Below, piece by piece: positions 47,156-57,034 of a DNA stretch of 64,000 nucleotides. The DNA is taken from positions 5,982-69,981 of the forward strand of contig DATJJE010000028.1 of the NCBI GenBank assembly GCA_035492455.1, read 5' to 3'. Numbering within the stretch: position 1 is the first letter of the stretch; every line of letters starts with the position of its first letter. The notes beneath the pieces were generated by a model, which was given only the letters and a program-made list of their open reading frames with translations, had not been told where the DNA came from and searched no databases. A program made the position numbers and the translations under genes. This stretch comes from Vicinamibacterales bacterium (GTDB taxonomy: Bacteria; Acidobacteriota; Vicinamibacteria; Vicinamibacterales; UBA2999).

Positions 47156-48354
47156 TCATCGTATCGGCACAAATTTCTGAATGCGCTTCCCGTCCTCCAC
47201 CTCACCCGTGTAAACGTTCCCCTTCGAGTCGACAGCGACCGCATCAATCCAGTGCAGCTGCCCAGCATAGCGGCCGTTGCCTCCGAATGAACCGACGAGC
47301 GTGCCGTCGCCGCGGTTGTAGATCCACACCATGTTGTTCGTGCCGTCGGCGACAAACACATATCGCTGCTGCGGATCGGATGAGAGCGCAAGGTGGTAGA
47401 CCGTGCCGCACGGTGGCGCCGTGGTGCTCCAGATGCCGCCGCAGTTCGGACCGCGCGACTGGGTGGAAGGATGCACGAACCACTGGCGGACGAACTTCCC
47501 TTGCTTGGTGAACACCTGCACGCGATCGCTGCCGCGCTCGCAGACGTAAACGAGCCCATCGCGCGAGAAGTGAACGCAGTGCAGCGCCGGCGCAAACTGC
47601 ATCTGATCCGGCGGCGGCCCCGAAATGTCGTAGTCGGGGGTCGGATTGTTGTCGACCTCGCTCAGCGGGATGCCGTGGCCGCCCCATCCGCGTTTGAACG
47701 CGAAGGTGTCGAGGTCGTAGACGAGGATGCGTTTATTGAGGAACCCGTCCGAGATGAAGACCTCGCGTGCAGCCTCGTCGAGCTCGAACGATCCGATTCC
47801 TGGGGGGAAAACCGCGGTCTGCTGGTTGTCCTGCTTCACCTGATCGGCGGGGATTTTCGCGCCGCGACGGCCGAAATCGCGGACGAACTTGCCATCGCGC
47901 GTGAACTCGATAATGCCGTCCCCGGGCGTCGTTCCGGATAGATAGACATTTTTCTGGCGGTCGACGGCGATCGTCTGCAGCCGTCCGGGCCACCCTTCGT
48001 GGTAATTCGGACCGCCCCACGCGTTGACCACATTGCCATTGGGATCGAACTCGAGGATCTCCGGGCCGGGCACGCAGCACTCGCCGCGCGGGGGATTCGT
48101 TGCGGCGGTCAGTTCGTCGGGCCGCGCGTCCACGCGCCGGTTGATAGTCCAGACGTGGTCGTCGCGATCGACGTAGATGTCGACGATCTGCTGCATGGCC
48201 CACTTGTTCGGCAGCGGCTTGGCCAGAACGGATCGACGCGGTACTTCGGCGCCGCCGCGGCGCGTTGCTGCGCTTGAACCATCGCTCCGACACTGGCGAC
48301 GACCACCGCCAGGGCCAGCAGCGCCGGGCGCCATCTGCTCAACTTGTGTCGCAT
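47156..48354 (-). pseudogene. NHL-repeat / six-bladed beta-propeller protein (peptidylglycine-amidating-lyase-like), interrupted by a 1-nt frameshift
   Basis: A signal peptide (MRHKLSRWRPALLALAVVVASVGAMVQAQQ...APKYRVDPFWP) is read from ATG 48354. The propeller (KPLPNKWAMQQIVDIYVDRDDHVWT...) is in another frame (ORF 47156..48370). The frames meet at TTCTGGCC-AAGCCG (about 48219-48224). Confidence 0.7.
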
Positions 48355-48495
48355 GCGCGACCTTATACACGAGATGTCCACCACTCTGGACGTGGCCTTT
48401 AAAACGTGCGAAATAAGGCCTGTTTCACGCAATTACGAGCTGGCAAACCCCTTGCCTCATGGGTAGGTGCCAACGCTCGTGAGGAGGTTTTGGAA

Positions 48496-49038
48496 ATGGT
48501 CGCCAGGTTTGTCGCCGCTTTGACCGTGGTACTCGCACTCAGCGCCCCGGCATTTGCGGCGGATCGCAAGGACTTGCAGGTCGCCCGCGACGTCTCGAAG
48601 CAGGTGCTGACCTATCCGCAGTTCTCGATCTTCGACACGGTCCACATGCAGATCGACAACGGCACGGTCACATTGATCGGCAAGGTGACGATGCCGTACA
48701 AGAAGAATGACATCGAGAAGCGCGTCGCCAGGATTGACGGCGTGCATCAGGTCGTCAACAAGATCACCGTGCTTCCGGTTTCCCAGTTCGACGACGAGCT
48801 GCGCTTCCGGATTGCGCGTGCGATTTACGGAAACTCGAACTTCTGGAACTACGGATCGATGGCCAACCCGCCGATCCACATCATCGTCGAGAACGGGCAC
48901 GTCACACTCGACGGCGTGGTCAACAGCAACACCGACCGCGTACTCGCACGGTCGATCGCCAGCTCGTTCGGCGCGTTTTCAGTAACGAACGATCTGAAGA
49001 CGGACGCGGAAGCGGAACAGGAACTCGAACATCTCTGA
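48496..49038 (+). CDS. BON domain-containing periplasmic protein (two BON domains)
   Basis: The ATG at 48496 is preceded by GAGGAGG. Signal peptide MVARFVAALTVVLALSAPAFA. BON repeats (VHMQIDNGTVTLIGKV and IHIIVENGHVTLDGVV). Confidence 0.85.
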   Translation: MVARFVAALTVVLALSAPAFAADRKDLQVARDVSKQVLTYPQFSIFDTVHMQIDNGTVTLIGKVTMPYKKNDIEKRVARIDGVHQVVNKITVLPVSQFDDELRFRIARAIYGNSNFWNYGSMANPPIHIIVENGHVTLDGVVNSNTDRVLARSIASSFGAFSVTNDLKTDAEAEQELEHL

Positions 49039-49043
49039 TTGTC

Positions 49044-49111
49044 GGTGGTTCGCGGGTTCGCGGCGGCGCGGGTTCGAACCGCGAACCAGCGAACCTACGA
49101 ACCAGCGAACC
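49044..49111. repeat. Long hairpin built from tandem 8-nt repeats (GGTTCGCG vs GCGAACCn); putative bidirectional terminator
   Basis: GGTTCG at 49047, 49055 and 49071; CGAACC at 49075, 49082, 49090, 49098 and 49106. 49047-49062 pairs with 49080-49095 at 15 of 16 positions. Lies between convergent genes; the right arm encodes the last residues (RFAGS) of the minus ORF. Confidence 0.75.
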
Positions 49112-49835
49112 TTTCCGCGCGGCCTTTGCGCGCCAGCAGCCAGACAATCACACCCAGGGTGGCGAAAGCTGCCACGATCGTCGTTCCAAATAGCAACAGG
49201 GTACGGGCGAGGATCGATTGCGTTTCGATCTGTACGTCGATCTCGATTGGCACTCCGCGTATTCGATCGGCGAGCGTTTGTTCCCACTCGACAATGTTGC
49301 CGCGCTCAACGCGATGGGTAGGCGCATTGTGATACGCGATCTTGCTCGGCAGATGCAGGCGGAATGCGACAAGTTCGCTGCCGTCCCAGCCGACGTCGCC
49401 GGCTGGCGTCCCGACTCTAGGCACGCCTACTACCTGCTTGAACTCGTAGGTGTCGCCCTCACGGCCGAAGCGGTACGTTGACCAGGAGAACGGAGCGACG
49501 CGTTGCAGGGCACGGACATCGGCGACATCCATGCTGACATGTACGAATCGGCGGCCGTAGCGGCGCGATGCGCTCAACGCCGTGACAGTCACACCAGGAC
49601 TCTCGTAGAACGCGCGGATGCGCTCCCGCTCGAACCGCGCGCGCGGGCTCGGATTCAGATCGACGCCGCGCAGCGCGACGAGCGCGGGCACCGACGCGTT
49701 CACGTTGAGCGTCGCGGATCCATCGAGACCGAGGTAGAGCTCTTCCTCGTACTCGTACTGCTTTTTCAGCAGGCGGCCGCTGCAGGCGGACAGCACGACG
49801 ACGATGACGAGAAGCAACGCGACCCGCGACGGCAT
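49095..49835 (-). CDS. Hypothetical lipoprotein with C-terminal membrane anchor
   Basis: The internal Met at 49835 gives MPSRVALLLVIVVVLSAC (lipobox LSAC). A C-terminal hydrophobic helix is present. The longer track ORF overlaps the polA start region. Confidence 0.55.
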   Translation of the reverse strand: MPSRVALLLVIVVVLSACSGRLLKKQYEYEEELYLGLDGSATLNVNASVPALVALRGVDLNPSPRARFERERIRAFYESPGVTVTALSASRRYGRRFVHVSMDVADVRALQRVAPFSWSTYRFGREGDTYEFKQVVGVPRVGTPAGDVGWDGSELVAFRLHLPSKIAYHNAPTHRVERGNIVEWEQTLADRIRGVPIEIDVQIETQSILARTLLLFGTTIVAAFATLGVIVWLLARKGRAERFAGS

Positions 49836-49886
49836 CTCCTCGAATGATATCGTGTAGGGGCCGACCTTAAGGTCAGCCCTTCCCGG

Positions 49887-52601
49887 ATGCCGCGCCCCAC
49901 GCTTTTCCTCATCGACGGCAGCTCGCAGATGTACCGCGCCTATCACGCGTTTCGCGGCAAGGGGCTGTCGAATCAGGAGGGGCACACCACACACGCCGTG
50001 TACGTGTTCGTGACGATGCTTCGCAAGCTGATCGCGGATCACAAGCCGCAGTACATGGCTGCGTCATTCGATCTCGCCGGGCCCACGTTCCGCGATCAGA
50101 TCGCCGACGATTACAAGGCCAACCGGGTGGCGATGCCGGACGACCTCGCCGAGCAGATCAACTGGGTCCATCAAGCCTGCGAGGCGATGGGCGTACCGAT
50201 TGTTACCGCCGAAGGCTACGAAGCGGACGATGTGATTGGCACGCTGGCCCAGCAGGCGGCGGCGAAAGGTTTCGAAGTCGCGATCGTCTCGATTGACAAA
50301 GACTTCTTCCAACTTGTCCGCGACGGCGTGCGCGTCTACGACCCGCGCGAGGATGGCGCCTGGTTCGACGCCGAAGGCGTCGTGCAGAAATTCGGCGTCA
50401 AACCGGGGCAGGTGGCGGACGTGCTCGCGCTGGTGGGCGACACCAGCGACAACGTGGCGGGTGTTCCCGGCATCGGCAAGAAGGGCGCCATCGATCTCAT
50501 CACGCAATACGGAAGCGTCGCCGGTCTGCTGGACAAGGCCGGCGAGTTGAAGCCAAAACAGCGCGAGACGCTCATCACGCATCGCGCGGCGGCCCTCCAG
50601 AGCCTGGAGCTCGTCACCATCAAGACCGATGTTCCCATCCATGTGGACTTCGACGCGCTCAAGTACCGCGGCGCGTCGCGAGAACGTTGTTACGAGCTCT
50701 TTTCAAAGCTGGCGTTCCGCACGCTCGTCAACGAGTACGCGCCCACGGCCGACAGCATCAAGAAGGACTACTCGCTCGTCCGCACCGTTGAGGAGCTTGA
50801 CGCGCTGATCGCGGAACTGCGGGCGGCAGGTGAATTCGCTCTGCGAGTAATTCCGAGCGAACCGTCCGCGATGCTCGCGTCGATCATCGGCATGTCGTTC
50901 TCAACGCGCGATCGCGAGGCTCGATACATGCCCCTCGGCCACGAAGGGGAGGACGGCGGCAGCGATTTGCTCGCCGGTGCAAGCGCACCGGAGCAACTGG
51001 ATCGACGGCTGGCTCTCGATCGGCTGCGTCCGCTGCTCCAGGACGCATCGATCAAGAAGGTCGGTCACGACCTGAAGTTCGACATGATCGTCCTCCGCCG
51101 CCACGGCATCGACGTCGACGGGCTGGAGTTCGATTCGATGCTCGCCAGTTACCTGCTCGATGCGACGCGGCCTGGACATCCGCTCGAGGAATCGTCGCTC
51201 GAGCATCTCGGCTACAAAGCGCTGACAGAGGAAGATGTGTGCGGCCGCGGTGCGAAGGCGCTCGCCTTCGCCCGACTGGCTCCCGAAGCGCTGCTGACGT
51301 TTGCCGGCGAGCGCGCCGATCTCGCGCGTCAACTTTCGAATCGCCTGGCGCCGCTGCTCGTCACCGATCAGCTCGAAGATGTGTATCGCGGCCTGGAGAT
51401 GCCGCTGGTTCCGGTGCTTGCGGACATCGAGCGCGCGGGCATTCGCGTCGACGGTCCGGCGCTCGCCGCGCAGTCGCAGCACATCGAACAGCAGCTCGCC
51501 GAGTACAACGCCCGCATCTGGGAGCTGGCGGGCGAGCAGTTCAACATCAACTCGCCGCGACAACTTGGCGAGATTCTGTTCGAGAAGCTGAAGCTGCCGG
51601 TGCTGAAGAAGACTGGCACAACGCGCTCTGCATCGACCGCCGTCGAAGTCCTCGAAGAGCTCGCGCTGTCGCACGACCTGCCACGATTAATTCTCGAGTG
51701 GCGCGGGCTGCAGAAGCTGAAAAGCACGTACATTGACGCGCTGCCGCAGCTCGTTAATGCGGAAACGGGGCGCGTACATACCTGCTTCAACCAGGCGGTG
51801 GCGGCAACGGGCCGATTGAGCAGCTCGGATCCGAACCTGCAGAACATACCCATCCGCACCGAGCTTGGCCGCGAAATCCGCCGCGCCTTCGTCGCGGCCC
51901 CTGGCAACGTCCTCATCTCCGCGGACTATTCGCAGATCGAGCTGCGCGTGCTCGCGCATCTGGCCGGGGAAACGGCACTGGCCGAGGCGTTCCGCGCTGG
52001 AGAGGACATTCACGACCGCACCGCGCTGCAGGTCTTCGGCGCCAACAGCGGTCTGGACAGATACGAGCTGCGACGCCGGGCGAAGATCATCAACTACGCG
52101 CTGCTCTACGGAAAGACGGCGTTCACGCTGGCGAAGGACATCGGCGTGAGCAAGGAGGACGCGCAGGCGTTCATCGAGGCGTACTTCGCGGGTTTTCCGC
52201 GCGTGCGCGGCTTCATCGAGCAGACGCTGCAGCACGCGCGCGAGACCGGCGTCGTGAAGACGATGTTCGGCCGGAGGAGACTGGTGCCCGAGTTGAACAG
52301 CCGCAACGGGCAAATCCGCTCGGCTGCCGAGCGCGTCACCGTGAATATGCCAATTCAAGGGACGGCCGCGGACATCCTCAAGCGCGCGATGATCGATCTG
52401 CACGGCGAGTTGACGCGTCAGCAGATGAAGACGCGTATGATCCTGACAGTGCACGACGAACTGCTGTTCGAGGGGCCGAAGGAAGAAGCCGATACCGCCG
52501 CCGCGCTGGTGCGCGAGAAGATGGAACACGCGGTCAACCTGGCCGTGCCGCTCGACGTGGACGTCGGGATTGCGGAGAACTGGCGCGACGCTAAGCCGTA
52601 A
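49887..52601 (+). CDS. polA: DNA polymerase I
   Basis: 904 aa with a 5'-nuclease N-terminus (LIDGSSQMYRAYHA), a 3'-5' exonuclease-like middle and pol motifs (DYSQIELRVLAH, KIINYALLYG, VHDELLFE). Confidence 0.97.
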   Translation: MPRPTLFLIDGSSQMYRAYHAFRGKGLSNQEGHTTHAVYVFVTMLRKLIADHKPQYMAASFDLAGPTFRDQIADDYKANRVAMPDDLAEQINWVHQACEAMGVPIVTAEGYEADDVIGTLAQQAAAKGFEVAIVSIDKDFFQLVRDGVRVYDPREDGAWFDAEGVVQKFGVKPGQVADVLALVGDTSDNVAGVPGIGKKGAIDLITQYGSVAGLLDKAGELKPKQRETLITHRAAALQSLELVTIKTDVPIHVDFDALKYRGASRERCYELFSKLAFRTLVNEYAPTADSIKKDYSLVRTVEELDALIAELRAAGEFALRVIPSEPSAMLASIIGMSFSTRDREARYMPLGHEGEDGGSDLLAGASAPEQLDRRLALDRLRPLLQDASIKKVGHDLKFDMIVLRRHGIDVDGLEFDSMLASYLLDATRPGHPLEESSLEHLGYKALTEEDVCGRGAKALAFARLAPEALLTFAGERADLARQLSNRLAPLLVTDQLEDVYRGLEMPLVPVLADIERAGIRVDGPALAAQSQHIEQQLAEYNARIWELAGEQFNINSPRQLGEILFEKLKLPVLKKTGTTRSASTAVEVLEELALSHDLPRLILEWRGLQKLKSTYIDALPQLVNAETGRVHTCFNQAVAATGRLSSSDPNLQNIPIRTELGREIRRAFVAAPGNVLISADYSQIELRVLAHLAGETALAEAFRAGEDIHDRTALQVFGANSGLDRYELRRRAKIINYALLYGKTAFTLAKDIGVSKEDAQAFIEAYFAGFPRVRGFIEQTLQHARETGVVKTMFGRRRLVPELNSRNGQIRSAAERVTVNMPIQGTAADILKRAMIDLHGELTRQQMKTRMILTVHDELLFEGPKEEADTAAALVREKMEHAVNLAVPLDVDVGIAENWRDAKP

Positions 52602-53414
52602 TCATCTCCAGTCCGTCTTGATCATCTCCCACTGTGCGCGCATGGCGACAGCTGCATCCGGCTCACGCTGCACACGTGATCGGGCCCGCTCCGGAATAAT
52701 CGCGTCGACCACCAGACGATCGATGTCGGCGCGCAGCTGCGCCGAGGCGCCGCTCAGCGGTGCGCGCACCCACGCGGCGACAGCCGCGTCCCAGGCCATA
52801 TCAGCGTCGCCCGCCGCTCGCGCAGCAACTGCCAGCCAGTAATTCGCGGGGGCGTTTCCCGGATCCCGCCGCAATTCCTCGGCCATGCGTGTCCCAATCT
52901 GGCCGGCCAGACGCGCACGACGATCCGGCATTGCGCCCTGCGCCTCGCGATCGATCGCCGTCGCCCACCAGTCGAGAAGCATCAGACGATCGCGGTCAGG
53001 CAGCATCATGCTGCGTTCCAGCGCCGTATCGAAGACTTCCGCCGCCGGCCCGAACATGTCTGACATGTACAGGGCGAGACCAAGTCCGACCATCAGGTCG
53101 ACCTGATCGCGCGGCGACAGGACCGCGGCATGAACCGCGTTCAACGCCGCGCGTGCGTCGGCAAGATCCATCGGGTCGGGATTGTGCCGGTAGCGTTCCA
53201 GGCGGGCGCGTGCTTCAACCACCGCCGCCGCATCGGCCATCGTGGGCAGCGTACGGGCCATCTCGGCGGCGGCGATGGCGCCATCGTAGTCAGACGCGTT
53301 GTACAGCATGCGCGCGCGCGCGAGCGGGGACGGCTCCGCGGCATAGGCGACCGATGCCATCACGAACCATGAGCCCGCCAACAGAGCAGAGATGTGTGCT
53401 CTTCGCGTCCGCAT
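52602..53414 (-). CDS. Hypothetical secreted helical protein
   Basis: 270 aa with a signal-like N-terminus (ISALLAGSWFVMASVAYA), Ala/Arg-rich helical, no family recognised. Its stop abuts the polA stop with 0 nt between them. Confidence 0.45.
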   Translation of the reverse strand: MRTRRAHISALLAGSWFVMASVAYAAEPSPLARARMLYNASDYDGAIAAAEMARTLPTMADAAAVVEARARLERYRHNPDPMDLADARAALNAVHAAVLSPRDQVDLMVGLGLALYMSDMFGPAAEVFDTALERSMMLPDRDRLMLLDWWATAIDREAQGAMPDRRARLAGQIGTRMAEELRRDPGNAPANYWLAVAARAAGDADMAWDAAVAAWVRAPLSGASAQLRADIDRLVVDAIIPERARSRVQREPDAAVAMRAQWEMIKTDWR

Positions 53415-53459
53415 CCGCTCATCCTAGCCCTCAAAGACGCTTTGTTACAATGCGCTGCA

Positions 53460-54758
53460 ATGACCCTTCCGGTGGTCGTGCCGCGTGCCGGGCACGCGAT
53501 CTCGCGCAGACAAATCGAGCCGGATGCGTTGAAAGTTCTCTACAGGCTCCATCAGAACAACTTCACCGCCTACCTCGTCGGCGGCAGCGTGCGCGATCTG
53601 CTGCTCGGCCGCCGGCCAAAGGATTTCGACGTCGGCACCGACGCGCATCCGTATCAGGTCAAGCGGCTGTTCAAGAACTGCTGGATTATCGGGCGCCGCT
53701 TCCGCCTTGCGCACGTCCGCTTTGGTACTAAAACAATCGAGGTCGCCACCTTTCGCCGACAACTCAGCGCCGCGGAGCTCGCCGCTCCCGACGAACCGGG
53801 CGGCGGCATCGTCGTGGACGAACTCGGGGACGTCGACAGGATGGTTCATCGCGACAATACCTTCGGCACGCCGGAAGAGGACGCCTTCCGCCGCGACTTC
53901 ACCATCAACGCGCTGTTCTATGACATCGCGGATTTCTCGATCATCGACTACACAGGCGGATTGGAGGACCTGAAAGCGCGCGTCGTGCGATCCATCGGCG
54001 ATCCCGTAGAACGCTTCCAGGAAGATCCGGTGCGGATGATTCGCGCGGTGTCAATGGCGTCGCGACTCGACTTCAGCATCGACCCGCCGATCGACGCCGC
54101 GATCGCGCAACATCGAGGAGAAATCGCGCGCAGTGCGCCCGCGCGATTGATCGAGGAGTTGTACAAACTGCTTCGCGCCGGATCGTCGGAGAAGGCGTTT
54201 CGTATGCTCGCGGAGCGCCGGTTGCTGGAGCCGATCGCCGCGGAGCTGCAGAAGCGCGCCGGCAACAGATTGTGGCAATCGCTGGCGGCGCTTGACGCAC
54301 ATCGACAGCAGTCGGAGGAAACGCCGGAGACGCTGACAAACCCGATCCTGCTCGGAACGCTGCTGGTGCCGCTTGACTACGACCTCAAGACGCCGCCGGT
54401 TGAATTCGACGACAACGGGAAGCCGAAAAAAGAGCCGGCGCTGTCACTCGGCCTCCTGCCGCTGGCGCGCCGTGACGTCGAACGGCTGCGCCAGGTGCTG
54501 GGTCTCCAGCGCCGCCTAATGGATCTGCACCTGTCACCGCGGGCCCGCCGCGCGCTGATGCATCGCGGACCATTCCGTGAGGCGCTCACCTGGCTGGAGA
54601 TTCACGGCAACGCCCCCGAGGCGCTCGAACACTGGCGGGGATTCATCGAGGCGGCAAAGACCTTTGTACCTGGCGAGCAGGAGGCGGGCGAAGGACCGTC
54701 TCCGCAGCGGCGCAGGCGACGACGTCGTCGCCGCCGTCCATATCGACCCGCGACCTAA
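53460..54758 (+). CDS. pcnB: Poly(A) polymerase I / tRNA nucleotidyltransferase family
   Basis: Start at ATG 53460. YLVGGSVRDLLLGRRPKDFDVGTDA nucleotidyltransferase motif. Basic C-terminal tail (RRRRRRRRRR). Confidence 0.85.
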   Translation: MTLPVVVPRAGHAISRRQIEPDALKVLYRLHQNNFTAYLVGGSVRDLLLGRRPKDFDVGTDAHPYQVKRLFKNCWIIGRRFRLAHVRFGTKTIEVATFRRQLSAAELAAPDEPGGGIVVDELGDVDRMVHRDNTFGTPEEDAFRRDFTINALFYDIADFSIIDYTGGLEDLKARVVRSIGDPVERFQEDPVRMIRAVSMASRLDFSIDPPIDAAIAQHRGEIARSAPARLIEELYKLLRAGSSEKAFRMLAERRLLEPIAAELQKRAGNRLWQSLAALDAHRQQSEETPETLTNPILLGTLLVPLDYDLKTPPVEFDDNGKPKKEPALSLGLLPLARRDVERLRQVLGLQRRLMDLHLSPRARRALMHRGPFREALTWLEIHGNAPEALEHWRGFIEAAKTFVPGEQEAGEGPSPQRRRRRRRRRRPYRPAT

Positions 54759-55849
54759 CCGTGTTTCCGTTCGAATTCCCGCATGAAGGAGACGAGCGCA
54801 TCGACGCCCTCTTCCGGGAACGCGTTATAGATCGACGCCCGCATGCCGCCGACGGAGCGGTGCCCCTTCAATCCATCAAAGCCGGCCGCTGTTGATTCTC
54901 TGACGAACGTTTTCTCCAGCTCCTCGGTCGCAAGACGAAACGTGACGTTCATCAGCGACCGATCTTCGTTCTTCGCGGTCCCCCGATAGAAGCCCGTGCG
55001 ATCGATTTCGGCGTACAACTTCCCCGCCTTGCGCTGATTCATCTTCGCGACCCCCTCCAGCCCTCCCTGCGACCGCAGCCATTTCATCGTCAGGCCAAGG
55101 ATGTAGATGCCGAAGGTGTTCGGGGTGTTGTAGAGCGAGTCGTTCTCCGCCTGCACCTTGTAATTCAGCATCGTCGGCAGCGTGTCGGCGGAGCGCGCAA
55201 GCAGGTCCTCGCGAATGATGACAAGCGTCACGCCCGACGGACCGAGATTCTTCTGCGCACCCGAGTAAATCAGCGCGTGGCGCGAGACGTCGATTGGGCT
55301 GCTGAACATGTCGGACGATGTGTCGCTGACGAGCGGAGCCTCGCCCACATGGGGCAGCGACTTCCATTGCGTGCCCTCGATGGTGTTGTTGCTCGTCATG
55401 TGCACGTACGCGGCACCGGCGGTCAGCTTGAGCTCGGACGCCATCGGCAGCCGCGAGTAGTTCTCGCCCTTGCTCGACGCGGCGATGTTCACCTTGCCGA
55501 CCTTCTTGGCTTCCTTCGCCGCCTTATCCGCCCACGATCCGCTGTCGATGTAGTCCGCGGTCTGACCCGCGCCGAGCAGGTTCATCGGCACCATCGAGAA
55601 CTGCAGGCTGGCGCCGCCCTGCAGCATCAGAATCTTGTAGTTCGCCGGCACGCTTGCGAGCGCGCGGATGTCGTCCTGCGCCTTGTGCAGCAAATCCTCG
55701 AACGTCTTCGAGCGGTGGCTGATCTCCATCACCGACATGCCGACGCCGGGCAGCGCAATCAGATCGCGTTGCGCTTCCTCGAGGACGGGCATGGGCAGAA
55801 CGGCTGGACCGGCTGAAAAGTTGAACACGCGTGTTGCTGTGGGCATCAA
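54755..55849 (-). CDS. serC: Phosphoserine aminotransferase
   Basis: 364 aa, FNFSAGPAVLPMPVLEEAQ..., PLP-Lys region (YSGAQKNLGPSG). Confidence 0.95.
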   Translation of the reverse strand: MMPTATRVFNFSAGPAVLPMPVLEEAQRDLIALPGVGMSVMEISHRSKTFEDLLHKAQDDIRALASVPANYKILMLQGGASLQFSMVPMNLLGAGQTADYIDSGSWADKAAKEAKKVGKVNIAASSKGENYSRLPMASELKLTAGAAYVHMTSNNTIEGTQWKSLPHVGEAPLVSDTSSDMFSSPIDVSRHALIYSGAQKNLGPSGVTLVIIREDLLARSADTLPTMLNYKVQAENDSLYNTPNTFGIYILGLTMKWLRSQGGLEGVAKMNQRKAGKLYAEIDRTGFYRGTAKNEDRSLMNVTFRLATEELEKTFVRESTAAGFDGLKGHRSVGGMRASIYNAFPEEGVDALVSFMREFERKHG

Positions 55850-55858
55850 AGACTCCAG

Positions 55859-57034
55859 CTAAATTCTAACGAGATACAAATTCAAAATGTCCTGGTGGCC
55901 GGCGGCGATTGTGTTCAGCAGATCAGGTGGCGGCTCGCCATCAAGATTGATCCGCGCAATCGCCGCTTCGGCCCCTTCGAAGATGACGTTTTCCGTCTCC
56001 TGAACGTTCAAGTTTCCTGCGCGCAAATGGTCGAAGACATGCGCGAGGACGCCGGGCCGATCGCGATGCCGCACAACCAGCATGTGCGTCGCGGGCGTCT
56101 TCTTGGCAAGGTTGACGACGTTCGGGACCTTGCCGGTCTCCTTGTATTCGCGGATGATCCGCGCCGCTTCAGCGGCGATCGCTTCCTGCGCCTGCTCGGT
56201 CGACGCGCCGATGTGATGCGTGCCGATGACGTTCGGCAGCTGCAGTAGTTGATCGGTGAACTCGCCGGTCGATCCGGCGGGCTCGTTGGCAAACACGTCG
56301 AGGCCGACGCGAAGGTCGCGCTGCTTCACCGCGTCGGCAAGCGCGGCATAGTCCACCACCTCGGCGCGTGAGGTGTTGATGAAAAAAGAACCGGACTTGA
56401 GCCGGTTGAGAATCGACGCGCCGACGAAATTCCGCGTCTCTTTCGCGAGCGCCAGATGAACGGTGAGAACGTCCGCGCGCTCCGCCACTTCTTCGGCCGA
56501 CTTCAGACCTTCTTTGTAGCTTCGGCTCCAGATGACGACCGGCATCCCGAAGGCGGACGCGCGGCGCGACACCTCCTGCCCGATGCTGCCATAGCCGATG
56601 ATGCCGAGCGTCCGCCCGAAGAGGCCTTTGGCCTTCGAGTACTCCTTCTTGTTCCATTTGCCCGCGCGCAGGTCGGTGACGTTGTCGGCAATGCGGCGGT
56701 CGAGCGCAAGGATCAAACCAAACGTCAACTCGGCCACGGCAATCGAATTCTTGCCAGGGCAATTCGAGACGTAGATCCCGCGCCGGGATGCGGCCGCGAC
56801 GTCGATGGTGTTGACTCCAGCGCCCGCCCGAACGATGAGCGAGAGCGATGCGTTCGACAGCATCGCTTCTGTGACTTTTGTGCTGCGTACGACGAGGACG
56901 TCGGCGTGTGTGGCGGCGAGCGCGTCTGCAAGCTGTTGATCAGCCAGAGCCGGCTGGTAGATCACCTCGCAACCGGCGGCCTTGATGCCGTCGATGCCGG
57001 TCTGCTCGAAGTGGTCAGCGATTAAGACTGTCAA
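55859..57034 (-). CDS. serA: D-3-phosphoglycerate dehydrogenase with C-terminal ACT domain
   Basis: Homology starts at (L)TVLIADHFEQ. The only start codon there is TTG at 57034, which overlaps the upstream TGA (TTGA). NAD motif GIIGYGSIG; ACT-like C-terminus. Confidence 0.88.
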   Translation of the reverse strand: MTVLIADHFEQTGIDGIKAAGCEVIYQPALADQQLADALAATHADVLVVRSTKVTEAMLSNASLSLIVRAGAGVNTIDVAAASRRGIYVSNCPGKNSIAVAELTFGLILALDRRIADNVTDLRAGKWNKKEYSKAKGLFGRTLGIIGYGSIGQEVSRRASAFGMPVVIWSRSYKEGLKSAEEVAERADVLTVHLALAKETRNFVGASILNRLKSGSFFINTSRAEVVDYAALADAVKQRDLRVGLDVFANEPAGSTGEFTDQLLQLPNVIGTHHIGASTEQAQEAIAAEAARIIREYKETGKVPNVVNLAKKTPATHMLVVRHRDRPGVLAHVFDHLRAGNLNVQETENVIFEGAEAAIARINLDGEPPPDLLNTIAAGHQDILNLYLVRI

